From the NCBI RefSeq assembly GCF_964194155.1, contig NC_135901.1:26598001-26662000 (forward strand): DNA of 64,000 bases. Reading direction: 5' to 3'. This document shows, one piece after another, positions 22,429-34,700 of the stretch. The position numbers were made by a program, and so were the translations under genes. Source of the DNA: Cetorhinus maximus. Taxonomy: Eukaryota. Under the pieces are notes generated by a model. It searched no databases and was not told the origin of the DNA. It saw only the letters and a list, made by a program, of their open reading frames with translations. Position 1 is the stretch's first letter; the number at the start of each line of letters is the position of its first letter.

Positions 22429-23569
22429 GATCACTGGTTTGCACAGACCCAGATGTTCTGTGTTCATGTCTGTGATGTCATCACACACCGACAGTTGCGC
22501 GGTGACGTCACCCCGCTCCCCGGGTATTTCCACAACTGGGAGATTTTTCTCTGACTCCAGTGCTTCTGATATCTTTCCAGCTGCAGGCTCCAGCAGGAGA
22601 TTTTAATATTGAAAACAGCGGAATTGTTTCAGAGGCGAGTATTCTTGAATATTCACCTACAATTTATTACTTTTAGTGCTATGCTCTGGTTCCATGGCTC
22701 TGGTGCTGGTGTGACTACTGTGGATCTGAATCCATGTCCATCCATTGCTCTGTTTCACCTCTGCCCTCCCTGGTCATCCCTCTGCCATTGTTTAACTTCC
22801 TCTGCCTCTAATAATGGGTGTATTTTCATTACGTGTAGTATTCTAGTGTTACTTCTGCCATCTAAATGAGGTTTCCACCATTGCCCATCCCCCGACCTTG
22901 TGCTGCTGGCTTACCAGCTTTATCTTCCCACAGTACCATAGTCAGGAATTGTTTTTCCTGCACTATAATCCATTTCTCTTCTGCCTCTGAGCTTATATTG
23001 ACCATCAAATTCTGCACCATCTTTATTCCCTGTAGTTCATTACGCACATCCTGAAATGTTAACTCTTTTTCTCTCTCCAAAGTTACTGCCTGATCTGCTG
23101 AGTATTTCCAGCATTTGCTGTTTTTATTTCAGATTTATAGCTGCTGCAGTATTTTGGCTGTTATTTTATTTCAGGCGTTGCTCACGGAACCGAGTCCAGA
23201 AACACAGATGGACCAATTAAAAGCCGGTTTGTTGCCGGGTAGGCATTGGTTGTAGAAGTTAGTTCCTGGCCTCCAGTTTGGGACCTTTTTCATTGAGTCA
23301 AACAGTCACTGAAGGATTACAATACAGACGGAGGCTGTTCAGCCCATCCTGCCTGTGCTGGCTCTCTGCAAGAGTAAATCAGCCAGTCCCACTCCCCTGC
23401 CCTTTCACTAACAAGACCAGCAGCAGATATTACCCATCCCCAGTTACCTGTGGAGAAGATTATGTTTGACCTTCTTGAACCGCTGCAGTCCATGTGGTGA
23501 AGATGCTCCTACAATGATGCTAGATAAGCAGTTACATGTTACAGCGGTATACGTCCAAAATCAACAATA

Positions 23570-24110
23570 ACAATTTGTATTTGTATAGCGCCTTTCATGT
23601 ATTAGACCATTCCAGGATGCTTCAAAGGAGTTTTACGAAGCAGGAGCCTTTGTAGGTCAGTGAGCACAGGGGGCGATGGGTGAATGAGACTTAGTCTGAG
23701 TAAACACACGGGCAGCAGAGTTTTGGATGACCTCGAGGTTACAGGGTGGTTGAATGTGGGAGGCCGGCTGGGAGTGCATTAGGATAGTTAAGTCTAGAGG
23801 TAATGAAGGAATGGTTGAGAGTTTCAGCAGCAGAGGAGCTGAGACCAGGGATGAGTCGGGCGATGTTACTGAGGTGAAAACATTCAGTAATGGTGATGAT
23901 GCTGATGTGTGGTTGGAAGCTCAGTTTGAGGTGGAATAGTTCACCGTGGTTGTGAACAGTCTGGTTCAGTCTCAGACAGTTGCCGGGGGTGGGATAGAGT
24001 CGGTAGTCAGGGAGCAGAGTTTGTAGCAGGTCTTCTCAATATTTAAACAGAGGAACTTTCTGTTCACCCGGTGCTGGATGTCAGACAAGCCAGGACATTG
24101 TGTGACTTGG
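23570..24110 (-). mobile_element. L2-type LINE 3' fragments, shared with 47510-48370
   Basis: atttgtatagcgccttt tail and degenerate L2-like RT C-terminal sequence, co-linear with the paralogous intron. Confidence 0.6.
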
Positions 24111-24621
24111 AGGGGAACTTGGCGGTCATGGTGTTCACATACAAGTGCTGCTTGGTCCTTCTAGGTGGTGCAGTTTGTGGGTTTGGCAGGTTCTGTGCAA
24201 GTTCTGGTTGAGTTGTAGATATGTAAAATCCCTCTTCTTTACCCCTTGCCTCTCCCACCCCACCGCTTCTCTCTCTTGCTCTCTTCTCCCATCTAGACCA
24301 GAGCCTTGTGTAGACCCAGACTGGGTGGCCAATTCTCGTCTCTGAAGGACATTAGTTGGGTTTTTACGACAATCCAGCAGCTTTCATTGTCCCTTTTCCC
24401 TAGTGCCGGGCCCACAAAGTACCAGATTCACAACCTGCCTTTGTGTTTTTGTGGGCTGTCTCTCTCTCTCTCTCTCTCACTCCCTTTGATTCTGTTTTAA
24501 ATCAATTTCACAGGGCGTTAAAGGGGAGGATTTGCAGTCGGAAAACTGAAGCCAAACATCACATCAAAATCTGACAGAGTCGCCTAATTTATCGTAAACT
24601 GAATACCATCAGACTTTGAAC

Positions 24622-25659
24622 ATGGAAGGAGAAAGCACCATTCGCTCTGGAGAGAAACCGTACACGTGTCCTGTGTGTGGACGAGGCTTCAGCCGATCAT
24701 CTGGCCTGTCGAAACATAAATGCAGTCAGAACAGGGAGAAACTGTGGAAATGTGGCGACTGTGGGAAGGGATTTAATTACCCATCAGAGGTGGAAAATCA
24801 TCAGCGAATTCACACTGGGGAGAGGCCGTTCACCTGCTCTGAGTGTGGGAAGGGGTTCACTAAGTCATCCACTCTGCTGCAACACCAACAAGTTCACACT
24901 GACGAGAGACCATTCAAATGTCCAGACTGCGGGAAGTGCTATAAAAGTCCCCGGGAACTGACTGGCCATCAACGTGTCCACACTGACGAGAGACCGTTCA
25001 GGTGCTCTCACTGTGGGTCTGGGTTCAAGACATTATCTGTCCTCATTGTACACCAGCGAATTCACACTGGGGAGCGGCCGTTCACCTGCTCCAAGTGTGG
25101 GAAGGGATTTGCTCACTCATCCCACCTGATGACACACCAGCGAGTTCACACTGGGGAGAGACCTTTTAAATGCCCAGACTGCGGGAAGTGCTGCAAAAGT
25201 TCCAGCGAACTGATGTTTCATCAACGTCTTCACACTGGCGAGAGGCCGTTCAGGTGCTCTCACTGCGGGACTGGGTTCAGGCGATCATCCGATCTGATTG
25301 TCCACCAGCGAGTTCACACCGCGGAGAGGCCATTCACCTGCTGCGAGTGTGGGAAGGGATTCACTCGGTCATCCACACTGCTGGAACACCAGCGCGCTCA
25401 CACTGGGGAGAGGCCGTTCACCTGCCCCGACTGTGGGAAGGGATTCACTCGGTCATCCCACCTGCTGACACACCAGCGCACTCACACTGGGGAGAGGCCG
25501 TTCACCTGTTCCGAGTGTGGAAAGGGATTCAGTCAGTCATCCCACTTGCTGACACATCAGCGAATTCACTCTGGGGAGCGGCCGTTCACCTGTTCTGAGT
25601 GTGGGAAAGGATTCACACAGTCATCTAATCTGCTGCTACACCAGCGAGTTCACAAGTAA
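24622..25659 (+). CDS. C2H2 zinc-finger protein, 11 canonical fingers plus 1 atypical N-terminal finger (ZNF-4)
   Basis: aacATGg at 24622, [16 protein letters not shown]..., open to TAA. Acceptor-like tttcacag ends at 24513; AATAAA at about 26013. Confidence 0.9.
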   Translation: MEGESTIRSGEKPYTCPVCGRGFSRSSGLSKHKCSQNREKLWKCGDCGKGFNYPSEVENHQRIHTGERPFTCSECGKGFTKSSTLLQHQQVHTDERPFKCPDCGKCYKSPRELTGHQRVHTDERPFRCSHCGSGFKTLSVLIVHQRIHTGERPFTCSKCGKGFAHSSHLMTHQRVHTGERPFKCPDCGKCCKSSSELMFHQRLHTGERPFRCSHCGTGFRRSSDLIVHQRVHTAERPFTCCECGKGFTRSSTLLEHQRAHTGERPFTCPDCGKGFTRSSHLLTHQRTHTGERPFTCSECGKGFSQSSHLLTHQRIHSGERPFTCSECGKGFTQSSNLLLHQRVHK

Positions 25660-25746
25660 CAATAGTGATTGGATTTTTCTGTTAATCATATTTGGGGTGG
25701 ACCATTCTTCATTGGGGTCTGTTTCTGCTGATGTCTATAAACTGCA

Positions 25747-25965
25747 GGATAAAAGCAAAATGCTGCGGATGCTGGCAATACAAAAGAAAAACAGAAAATG
25801 CTGACAAAAGTCAGCCGGTCTGGCAGCATCCGTGGAAACAGATTTAACGTTACGAGTCCATATGACTCTTCTTCAGAGCTAAAGGTTAATTCTGTTTCTC
25901 TCTCCACAGATGCTGCCAGATCTGCTGCGTTTTCCCAGCATTTTCTGTTTTTATTATTATTATTA
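25747..25965. mobile_element. Short palindromic Penelope-end insertion in the ZNF-4 3' UTR, 10-bp TSD
   Basis: Inverted arms (aaaacagaaaatgctg ... cagcattttctgtttt). ataaactgca at 25737-25746 and 25966-25975. Confidence 0.8.
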
Positions 25966-26134
25966 ATAAACTGCACCCCGGTTATTGTGCTTAATACAGT
26001 GGAGAAAAGTCAAATAAAACAGCTTTGTGTTCAACACAGCCTGTTGTGTCTTTTTAATATCCCTAACGTGAGCTCGTTCCTTTTGAAGTGCTGTCCCTCT
26101 CCCTTGTCCCCTCCCATCCTCACCTCCAACAATA

Positions 26135-26540
26135 AGAGACCGTTCACCTGCTCCTTGTGTGGGAAGGAATTGGCGAATTTACCCAACCTGCTGCAACACC
26201 AGCGCAGTCACATTGACGAGAGACCTTTTAAATATCCCGACTGTGGAAAGTTCTGGGGAACTGATGACGCATCGGCGTGTTCACACCGACGAGAGACCGT
26301 TCAGGTGCTCTCACTGTGGGACTGGGTTCCGCCGACCGTCTCAACTCACTGTACACCAGTGAATTCACACTGGAAAGAGGCCGTTCACCTGTTCGGTGTG
26401 TGGGAAAGGGATCCACTCAGTCATCCTGTCTGGTGAGACACGAGGGAGAGGCCGTTCGCCTGCGCCGTTTGTGGGGTGAGGTTTACTTGTTCGTCCAACC
26501 TGCTGAGACACCAGCGGGTTCACAAACAACAACAGTGATT
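26135..26540 (+). pseudogene. ZNF pseudogene fragment (about 5 broken fingers) with its own 3' UTR and AATAAA
   Basis: Finger motifs in shifting frames ([19 protein letters not shown]), deletions and an in-frame TGA. AATAAA at 26642. Confidence 0.85.
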
Positions 26541-27859
26541 GGGTTTTGATGTTAGTCACATCCAGGACTGAGCTGTGTTCATTGGAATCGGCTTCTATTG
26601 ATGTTAATGAACTCCAGCCCTTATATTCTGGAGAAAAGTCAAATAAATCAGCTTTCTATTCTGATCTCAAGGGAGACCATTTAAGTTTTGAAAAGAAATT
26701 CAAACTCCCAGTTAGTAACTGAAAGAATTACAGCACAAGGCTTCATGTTTTAAAGAAAAATCTTCACCGTGCAAGAATTGAGCAAAGCAAGTACTAGTAA
26801 CTTAAAACTGCATTTCGTAAGCACTTATTCTTTCAGCCTGAAAATCTCAATGGAGCACTCCATGTTCTATTTATATTTCACCTGAGTTCCCCTATACTTT
26901 CCAGGATCTTGAGGGTTCATTCACTTTTCCTGGGACCAAATCAAGGTGTGCCACAGCTCTAAGGAATTCACTTTGATCCTCCTCCATATTCCTGCAATTC
27001 TCTCAGGTATGACTTTCCTTGGGGTCCTTCCACTAGTTTATACTGCAATTCTGTTTAAGCACCTAACAATTGTGGACATCCAGCTCAAGCATGGGCTTCA
27101 TTGTCTTCTTGCTTAGTAGTCTACAGCTTCTGGCAGCTTTTCTCTCTCTGGAACAAATTGTTCCAGCACCAGACATAAACTGCCTGTGTCTGTGAGAAAA
27201 TACTCAGATAAACCCAAAACAAAACAAATAAAAATGCCTTCCTTCAATCTATCCACATGTTCCAGGTAGAGGTTCAAACCAATCATCCATAATTCCCAAA
27301 CCTATCCTTTGATCTGAAAGGTATATGGATACTTTAAGACCTTTTGTTTATCAGTTGCTTTCCAACCTTTCTATGATCTGGGAAATTACATGAAGAATTT
27401 ATACCTCTAAAGGGGACAACTGTCATCTTACCAGACTGACTGACTCTATTCCAAAGCTGAGAGAGAACCGCCTCTTGTTTATTGTCCTCGTACCTCGAAC
27501 TCTTACCTTATTAAATAAACTCAGGTCACCTTTTGAATTACAATCACGTTCAGTTTGTTTACTGACCTCCCAAACCAAGTGCTTCCTTAACAAAAATAAA
27601 AATACCTGGAAAAACTCAGCAGGTTTGGCAGCATCTGCGGAGAGGAACACAGTTAATGCCTCGAGTCCGTATGACTCTTCATCTTATTTTTAAATCTTCA
27701 ATCCCCCAAAGTAAAAGTTACATTCCTCAAACATATCATTCATGAAATTAGACATTTTTGTAACATTTGTGTGAAACACACAATGTGTTGAGTCTTTTTA
27801 ATATCTCTATCACAAGTTACTTCCTTCTGAAGTGCTCTCCCTCTCCCTGTGTCCTCCAC

Positions 27860-28440
27860 CCTCATCTCCAACAACAAATGTGAGGAGCTCATGGAGCTTC
27901 TTTGTCACTAGATTGAGACAATCCAATCAGCTGCCTCTTCTGCTTCCCTCCCTTCCACTAGCCCACTAGGCTGAACTACCTCCGAAGTTCCCCCTTTTTT
28001 CTGGTCCTGAACTTGCATCTTTCTGACCATGAGACCCACTTCCTCTTCCCTCAATCTTATTCTCACTAAACTGGAGACCGCCCAATCTCTCCAGTTATCT
28101 GATATTGTTAATGGTTCTTTCTCTCAGGTACTGTGCCAGTTACCTCTAAATCTGCCATCATCACCCCTCTCCTCAGAAAACAAACCCTTGACTCCACCAT
28201 TCTGGCAAACATCCGTCCCATCTCTAACCTCTCTTTTGTCTCCAAAGTCTGAGAACATTTTGTTGCCTCCCAAATCTGTTCCCATCCTTCCTGGAATTCC
28301 ATGTTTCAATCCCTCCAATCAGATTTCTGCCCCTCTATTACAGTATCGAAACTAAAAGTCACAGATGACATCCCATGTAACTGTGACAAAAGTAAACTCT
28401 CCCTGCTTGTCCTTCTCGATCTGTCTGCAGCCTTTTACCA
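27860..28440 (+). mobile_element. L2-type LINE fragment (homologous to 50060-50700)
   Basis: Degenerate RT motifs such as SLLVLLDLSAAF, co-linear with the 50-kb copy. Confidence 0.7.
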
Positions 28441-28944
28441 GGTGACCATTTCGCTGTTTCTCTCAGAGGGTTGTTGGTCTATGGAATTCTCAGCCCCAGG
28501 GCGCAGTGGTGGCAGGGTCACTAAACATCTTTAGAGCTGAGTTAGATAGTTATCGATTAACAATGGAGTCAAAAGTTAATGGGGGTAGGGCGGGAAAGTA
28601 GAGTTAAGTCCGCAGCCAGATCAGACATGATCTTATCAAATCGTGGACCAGGCTCGAGGGGCCGAATGGCCTACTCCTGCTCCTAATTTGTAATGTTCAT
28701 ATGAATGTTCATATTCAGTTTGTTGTCATTTTCTTGTTTCTTACTCCAAATTATTTAAGTTCTCAAACCTTCAGTATTCCCTCAAACCCCTGCAGGCAGC
28801 AGCCCTGAATGAATCCATTTCACTAACAAATGTTGAAATGTTTGCTCCACACCCACAGGGTTTCATCTGTTTAAAGCCACAAGCAGAAAGGTCCAGTTTT
28901 CTCCTGGAGTTTGAGACAAATCAGCTTCCAAAATTGATGCAGAG

Positions 28945-29320
28945 TTTCAGCCAATGAGGGAGATCCGGGCTCAGCCCCGCCCCTCATTCACTCCGATTGG
29001 TTGGAGGACCAGCCGCTCTCGCTCGGCCCTCCAGCCCCGTCCCTTCTTCCTATTGGTCCGGAGCTGCCGTCAATCACCCCCCCGGGCATTGTGACCTGGA
29101 GCATGCGCAGTGCGGGTGATGTCCATGGACAGACACTTGTTTGTCTCATCTTCAGGCGGGAAGGAGGCGGATAAGCGGCGGCAGCGTTAGGGGCAGTGGG
29201 TGGGAGGGGAGGCTTCACAAACACCCAGTGGAGGCCTCAACACCCCCAGTAAGCAAGTGCCGGGCCCGCCTTTGCACCGAACGGCAGCTGCGGGCTTTCT
29301 CCCGGTGCCAGGCCCGAGTG
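28945..29320. promoter_or_regulatory. Promoter module P3 (reverse orientation) upstream of ZNF-5
   Basis: agccaatga, ccccgcccc, two ATTGG and an NRF1-like gcatgcgca at 29101. CpG-rich and nearly identical to 38120-38330. Confidence 0.78.
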
Positions 29321-30216
29321 GACAAATGTGGGTTAATGAAGGAAATGCAGCAATGGGTTTGTTAATGAGAAATCACCTTTAACTCACTTTACTGATCCTG
29401 GAGCAGGAGGAGAGAATGGTGTGAATTTCTATCCTGCATTGACAGGGATGGATTTTACAGGGGGTTAGAAGGGGAGAAGTTGCAGTCGGGAAAGTCAAAC
29501 CAAACATCACATTCAGAGCAGACCCGACACATCAGGACCTGGATATTATCAGCCTTTGAGTTAAAGCATCGAGCTCCAGGTCATTAACGCTCGCTGTGTT
29601 AAAAAATAGTCCTTCCTCACGTTCCCCCTGTATCTCTTGCTCGGAATCTGAAATCTTTTTATGATCAGTTTATGTGAACAGTTTTTCTTTACCCATCCCC
29701 CTTAATACAGGGAAGAGGGAGAGTTTGTGGGAAGCAGGGTGCGTGAGACGATGATTTACAGGTTTGGGGAAACGAGAGAAAAATGTTCCATAGAAACTAG
29801 AATTGTCTATCCAGGGCTGACAGTGATCACGTTTTAAAAACTGGTTTTACAGGGTTGTGATAAGCATATTGACAAGACGGGAAACTCAAATCAAACATCA
29901 CATCAAGGTCTGACTGAGTCTCTCAATTCATCAAGTCCTGAAAACCCATCGTTTTGAATGTAGAAGGAGAAATGTTTGCCTGTTCTGTCTGTGGGAAAAG
30001 ATTTTGAACATCATTGTTACTGGAAAAGCACCATGGCACACACGCCCGAGTGAGAGTGTTCCCATGCACTGACTGTGGAAGTGCTAGAACTAGTTATACA
30101 GCCTGAAAAAAAAAATCACCCTTATTCACAGCAGAGAGAAACCGTACACATGTTCTGTATCTGGATGAGGCTTCAACTGATTGTCCAAGCTGGAGAGACA
30201 AAAGGACACCAACACG

Positions 30217-31152
30217 ATGGAAAAACCCTGGAAATGTGGGGACTGTGGGAAAGGATTCAGATCCCCATCTGAGCTGGAAATTCATCGACGCAGTCACACT
30301 GGGGAGAGGCCGTTCACCTGCTTTGATTGTGGGAAGGGATTCACTGAGTCATCCAACTTAGACAGGCACCAGAGAATTCATACCAGGGAGAAGCCATTCA
30401 CCTGCTCCAAGTGTGGGAAAGGATTCACTGAGTCGTCCAGTTTACACAGACACCAGCGCATTCACACTGGGGAGAGACCGTTCACCTGCTCCGAGTGTGA
30501 GAAAGGATTCACTCAGTTATCCAGCTTACATTCACACCAGAAAACTCACACTGGAGAGAAACCATTCACTTGCTCTGAGTGTGGGAAAGGATTCATTCAT
30601 TCATCTGCCCTGCTGATACACCAGCAAGTTCACACTGGCGAGAGACCTTTTAAATGCCCAGATTGCCAAAAGTGCTATAAAAGTTCCGGGGAACTGAGGT
30701 CCCATCAACGTGTTCACACTGATGAGAGACCGTTCAGATGCTCTCACTGTGGGACTGGGTTCAGAAGATCATCTCACCTCACTGTGCACCAACGCACCCA
30801 CACTGGAGAGAGACCGTTCACCTGCTCCCAGTGTGGGAAGGGATTCACTCAGTCATCTCATCTGCTGACACATCAGCGAGTTCATACTGGGGAGAGACCA
30901 TTCACCTGCTCCAAGTGTGGGGAGGGATTCACTCGATCCTTCACCCTGCTGCAACACCAGCGGGTTCATACCGGGGAGAGGCCATTCGTTTGCTCTGTGT
31001 GTGGGAAAGGATTCAATCGGTCATCCAACCTCACTGCACACCAGCGAGTTCACACTGGAGAGAGACCGTTCACTTGCTCCATCTGTGGAAAGGGATTCAC
31101 AAAGTCTTTCAATCTGCTGACACACCAACGCACTCATGCTGGGGAGAAGTAA
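30217..31152 (+). CDS. C2H2 zinc-finger protein, 11 fingers (ZNF-5); a dead 12th finger follows the stop
   Basis: acgATGg at 30217, MEKPWKC... open to TAA. Decayed finger leader at about 29852-30216. Confidence 0.88.
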   Translation: MEKPWKCGDCGKGFRSPSELEIHRRSHTGERPFTCFDCGKGFTESSNLDRHQRIHTREKPFTCSKCGKGFTESSSLHRHQRIHTGERPFTCSECEKGFTQLSSLHSHQKTHTGEKPFTCSECGKGFIHSSALLIHQQVHTGERPFKCPDCQKCYKSSGELRSHQRVHTDERPFRCSHCGTGFRRSSHLTVHQRTHTGERPFTCSQCGKGFTQSSHLLTHQRVHTGERPFTCSKCGEGFTRSFTLLQHQRVHTGERPFVCSVCGKGFNRSSNLTAHQRVHTGERPFTCSICGKGFTKSFNLLTHQRTHAGEK

Positions 31153-31799
31153 TTCAACTGCTCGGTGTGTGGGAAGGGATTCACTCAGTCATGATGCCTC
31201 CTGAGACATCAGTGAGTTCATAAGTGACTGCAGGGGTTGGATTCTGCCGTTATTGCTGCTGTTACTCACGTTCAGTGTTGATTGTTTGAGATTATTTAGT
31301 TTGTTTCTGTTGATGTTCCCAATCCCTGTAACTGGCTGGAATTTAATATTCTGGAGATGTCACTGATTTCCGGGGCTGCAATGTCCCTTTTTAAAAGCAC
31401 CATCTGTGACTGTTCTCCTTAATTCAAGAACTCGCAACAGAAACCTGTTTACAATAAAATGATGAACTTTTACTTCAATCCTAAATTGATCTTCGGTGAT
31501 ATGTCTGCAATTCAGTGTCTGAAAGATCCAATTAGAAACACCAAATACTGTGAATATATTACATCCATTTATTTTGAAATGATAATTAAGCTGTTTTTGT
31601 CAATTTATGTGAACCAAATCTCTCATACTCCATTTTCAAAATGGGTTTCTAACTATTTGGCACAAAGTAACTTATTAGGACTGAGTCTCACATGTGCAGC
31701 CCCAGGACAGTAGGTAAGGAGGTGAAAATGCAGGTGTTGCATCTCTTGGGAGGTTTATAAGTTCTGTATTGGTCTGCACTGCAGTGCTGCTTTGGGCTG

Positions 31800-34700
31800 C
31801 AGTAGAGTGGTTAAGTTGGAGTTTGGTGACTGAGGGAGTTCGGTGAGGAGGGAACGAGGTGATTCTTTGAGTACAGTGAGTACGGTCGGGTAAGTATTTA
31901 CTACTTTTGTCGCTTATAGCTTTTAAGGTCTTATTTTGTGTTTCATCATTTGTAAAGGTTATATTCTGTAACAATGAGAAGCAGGGAAGAAGATCCCGAG
32001 AGTTATTGATATTATTTGATATCAAGTATCTTCCAAAAGGTTTAATTTAATTTAAATGGGTAGGTCATGGCAGGAGAGCTCAAAGTTGTGGTGTGCTCCT
32101 CCTGCTCTATGTGGGAAGCCGGGAACATTTCCAGTGCCCGGGGCCAGCAGGTGTGCAGGAAGTGTCTCCAGCTGCAGCTCCTGGAAGCCCAGGTTTCGGA
32201 GCTGGAGCGGTGGCTGGGGACACTGTGGAGCTTCAGTGAGGCGGAAAGTATCGTGGATAGCACGTATAGAGAGGTGGTCACACTGCAGGCTAAGAGTCCA
32301 CAGGCAGGAAGGGAATGGGTGACCACCAGGCAGAGCAAGAGGACTAGGCAGGCAGTGCAGGAATCTCCTGTGGCTATTCCGCTGCAAAACAGATATACCG
32401 CTTTGGATATTGAGGGGAATGGCCACTCACGGGAAAGCAGCAACAGTCAAATTCGTTGCACCACGGTTGGCTCTGCTGCACAGGGGAGGAGTAAAAAGTG
32501 TGGGAATGCAATAGTTTTACGGGATTTAATTGTAAGGGAAATAGATAGGCGTTTCTGTGGCTGCAAATGAGACTCCAGGATGGTATGTTGCGTCCATGGT
32601 GCTTGGGTCAAGGATGTCTCAGAGCGGTTACAGGACATTCTGAAGGGGGAGGGTGAACAGCCAGTGGTCGTGGTACACATTGTTACAAACAAAATAGGTA
32701 AAAAAAAACAATGAGGTCCTAAAAGCAGAATATAGGGAGTTAGGAAATAAGTTGAAAAGTAGGACCTCAAAGGTAGTGATCTCAGGATTACTACCAGTGC
32801 CACGTGCTAGTCAGAGTAGAAATAGCAGGACATATTGGATGAATACGTGGCTGAAGAGATGGTGTGAGGGGGAGGGTCAGATTCCTGGGACATTGGAACC
32901 AGTTCTGGGGGAGGTGGGACCAGTACAAACTGGATAGGTTACACTGAGGCAGAACCAGGACTGATGTCCCGGGGGAATATTTGCTAGAGTGGTTGGGGAG
33001 AGTTTAAACTAAAATGTCAGGGGGATGGGAACCTATGCGAGGAGTCAGAGGAGGGGGAATCAAGGACAAGAACAAAAGACAGAAAGGGGAATAAGAAAAG
33101 TGATAGAGAAATCAAAGGCAAGAATCAAACAGGGCCTCGGTGAAAAATAGTGGGAGTGGGACATGTAATGTTAAAAAGACAAGCCTTAAGGCTTTGTGCC
33201 TTAATGCGAGGAGCATTCGCAATAAAGTGGATGAATTAACCGTGCAAATAGATGTAAACAGGTATGATATAGTTGGGATTACGGAGACATGGCTGCAGGG
33301 TGACCAGGAATGGGAACTGAACATCCAGGGGTATTCAGTGTTTAGAAAGGACAGGCAAAAAGGAAAAAGCAGTGCAGTTGCATTGCTGGCTAAAGAGGAA
33401 ATTAACGCTATAGTCAGGAAAGCTATTAGTTCTGATTATGTGGAATTTGTATGGGTAGAGCTGAGAAACACTAAGGGGAAAAAAACTTTGCTGGGGGTTG
33501 TATATAGACCCCCAAACTGTTGTGGTGATGTTGGGAATGGCATTAAACAGGAAATTAGAGATGCATGCAATAAAGGAACATCTGTAATTATGGGTGACTT
33601 TAATCTGCATATAGATTGGGCAAATCAAATTAGTAACAATACCATAGAGGAGGAATTCCTGGAGTGTCTATGGGATGATTTTCTGGACCAATACGTTGAG
33701 GAACCAGCTAGAGAACAGGCCATCCTAGATTGGGTATTGTATAATGAGAAAGGAATAATTGGCAATCTAGTTATGCGAGGCCCCTTGGGGATGAGCGACC
33801 ATAATATGATAGATTTGTTCATCAAGATGGAGAGTGACGTAGTTGATTCCAAGACTAGGGTATTGAATCTTAATAAAGGAAACTACGATGGTATGAGATG
33901 CGAGTTGACTATGATGCATTGGGAAACGTTACTTAAAAGGGATGACAGTGGATAGGCAATGGCAAACATTCGAAGAGTGCAGGGGTGAACTGCAACAATT
34001 GTTTATTCCTGTCTGGCACAAAAGTAAAACAGGAAAGGTGGCCAAACCATGGCTTACAAAATTAGAGATAGTATTAGATCCAAGGAAGAGGCATACAAAT
34101 TAGACAGAAAAAAACAACAGACCTGAGGATTGGGAGCAGTTTAGAATTCAGCAAAGGAGGACCAAGGAATTGATTAAGAAGGGGAAAATAGAGTACGAGA
34201 GAAAGTTTGCGGGGAACATAAAAACTGACTGTAAAAGTTTCAATAGATATGTGAAGAGAAAGAGATTGGTGAAGACAAATGTAGGTCCCTTATAGTCAGA
34301 AACAGGGAAATTTATAATGGGGAACAAAGAAATGGCTGACCAACTAAATACATGCTTTGGTTTTGCCTTCACAAAGGATGACACAAATAACATACCAGAA
34401 ATATTGGGGAACACAGGGTTTAGTGAGAGGGAGGAACTGAAAGAAATCAGTATTAGTAGAGAAATGGTGTTGGGGAAATTAATGGGATTGAAGGCCGATA
34501 AATCTCCATGGCCTGATAATCTACATCCCAGAGTATTTAAGAAAGTGGCCATAGAAATAGTGGATGCATTGGTGGTCATCTTCCGAGATTCTGTAGACTC
34601 TGGAACAGTTCCCACAGATTGGAGGGTAGCTAATGTAACCCCACTATTTAAAATGTGAGGTAGAGAGAAAACAGGGAATTATAGACCAGTCAGCCTGACG

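Noticed and set aside
25170-25598. Alternative-frame and antisense ORFs over the ZNF genes ([14 protein letters not shown] repeats)
   Set aside because: They are shadow frames produced by the 84-bp finger periodicity.
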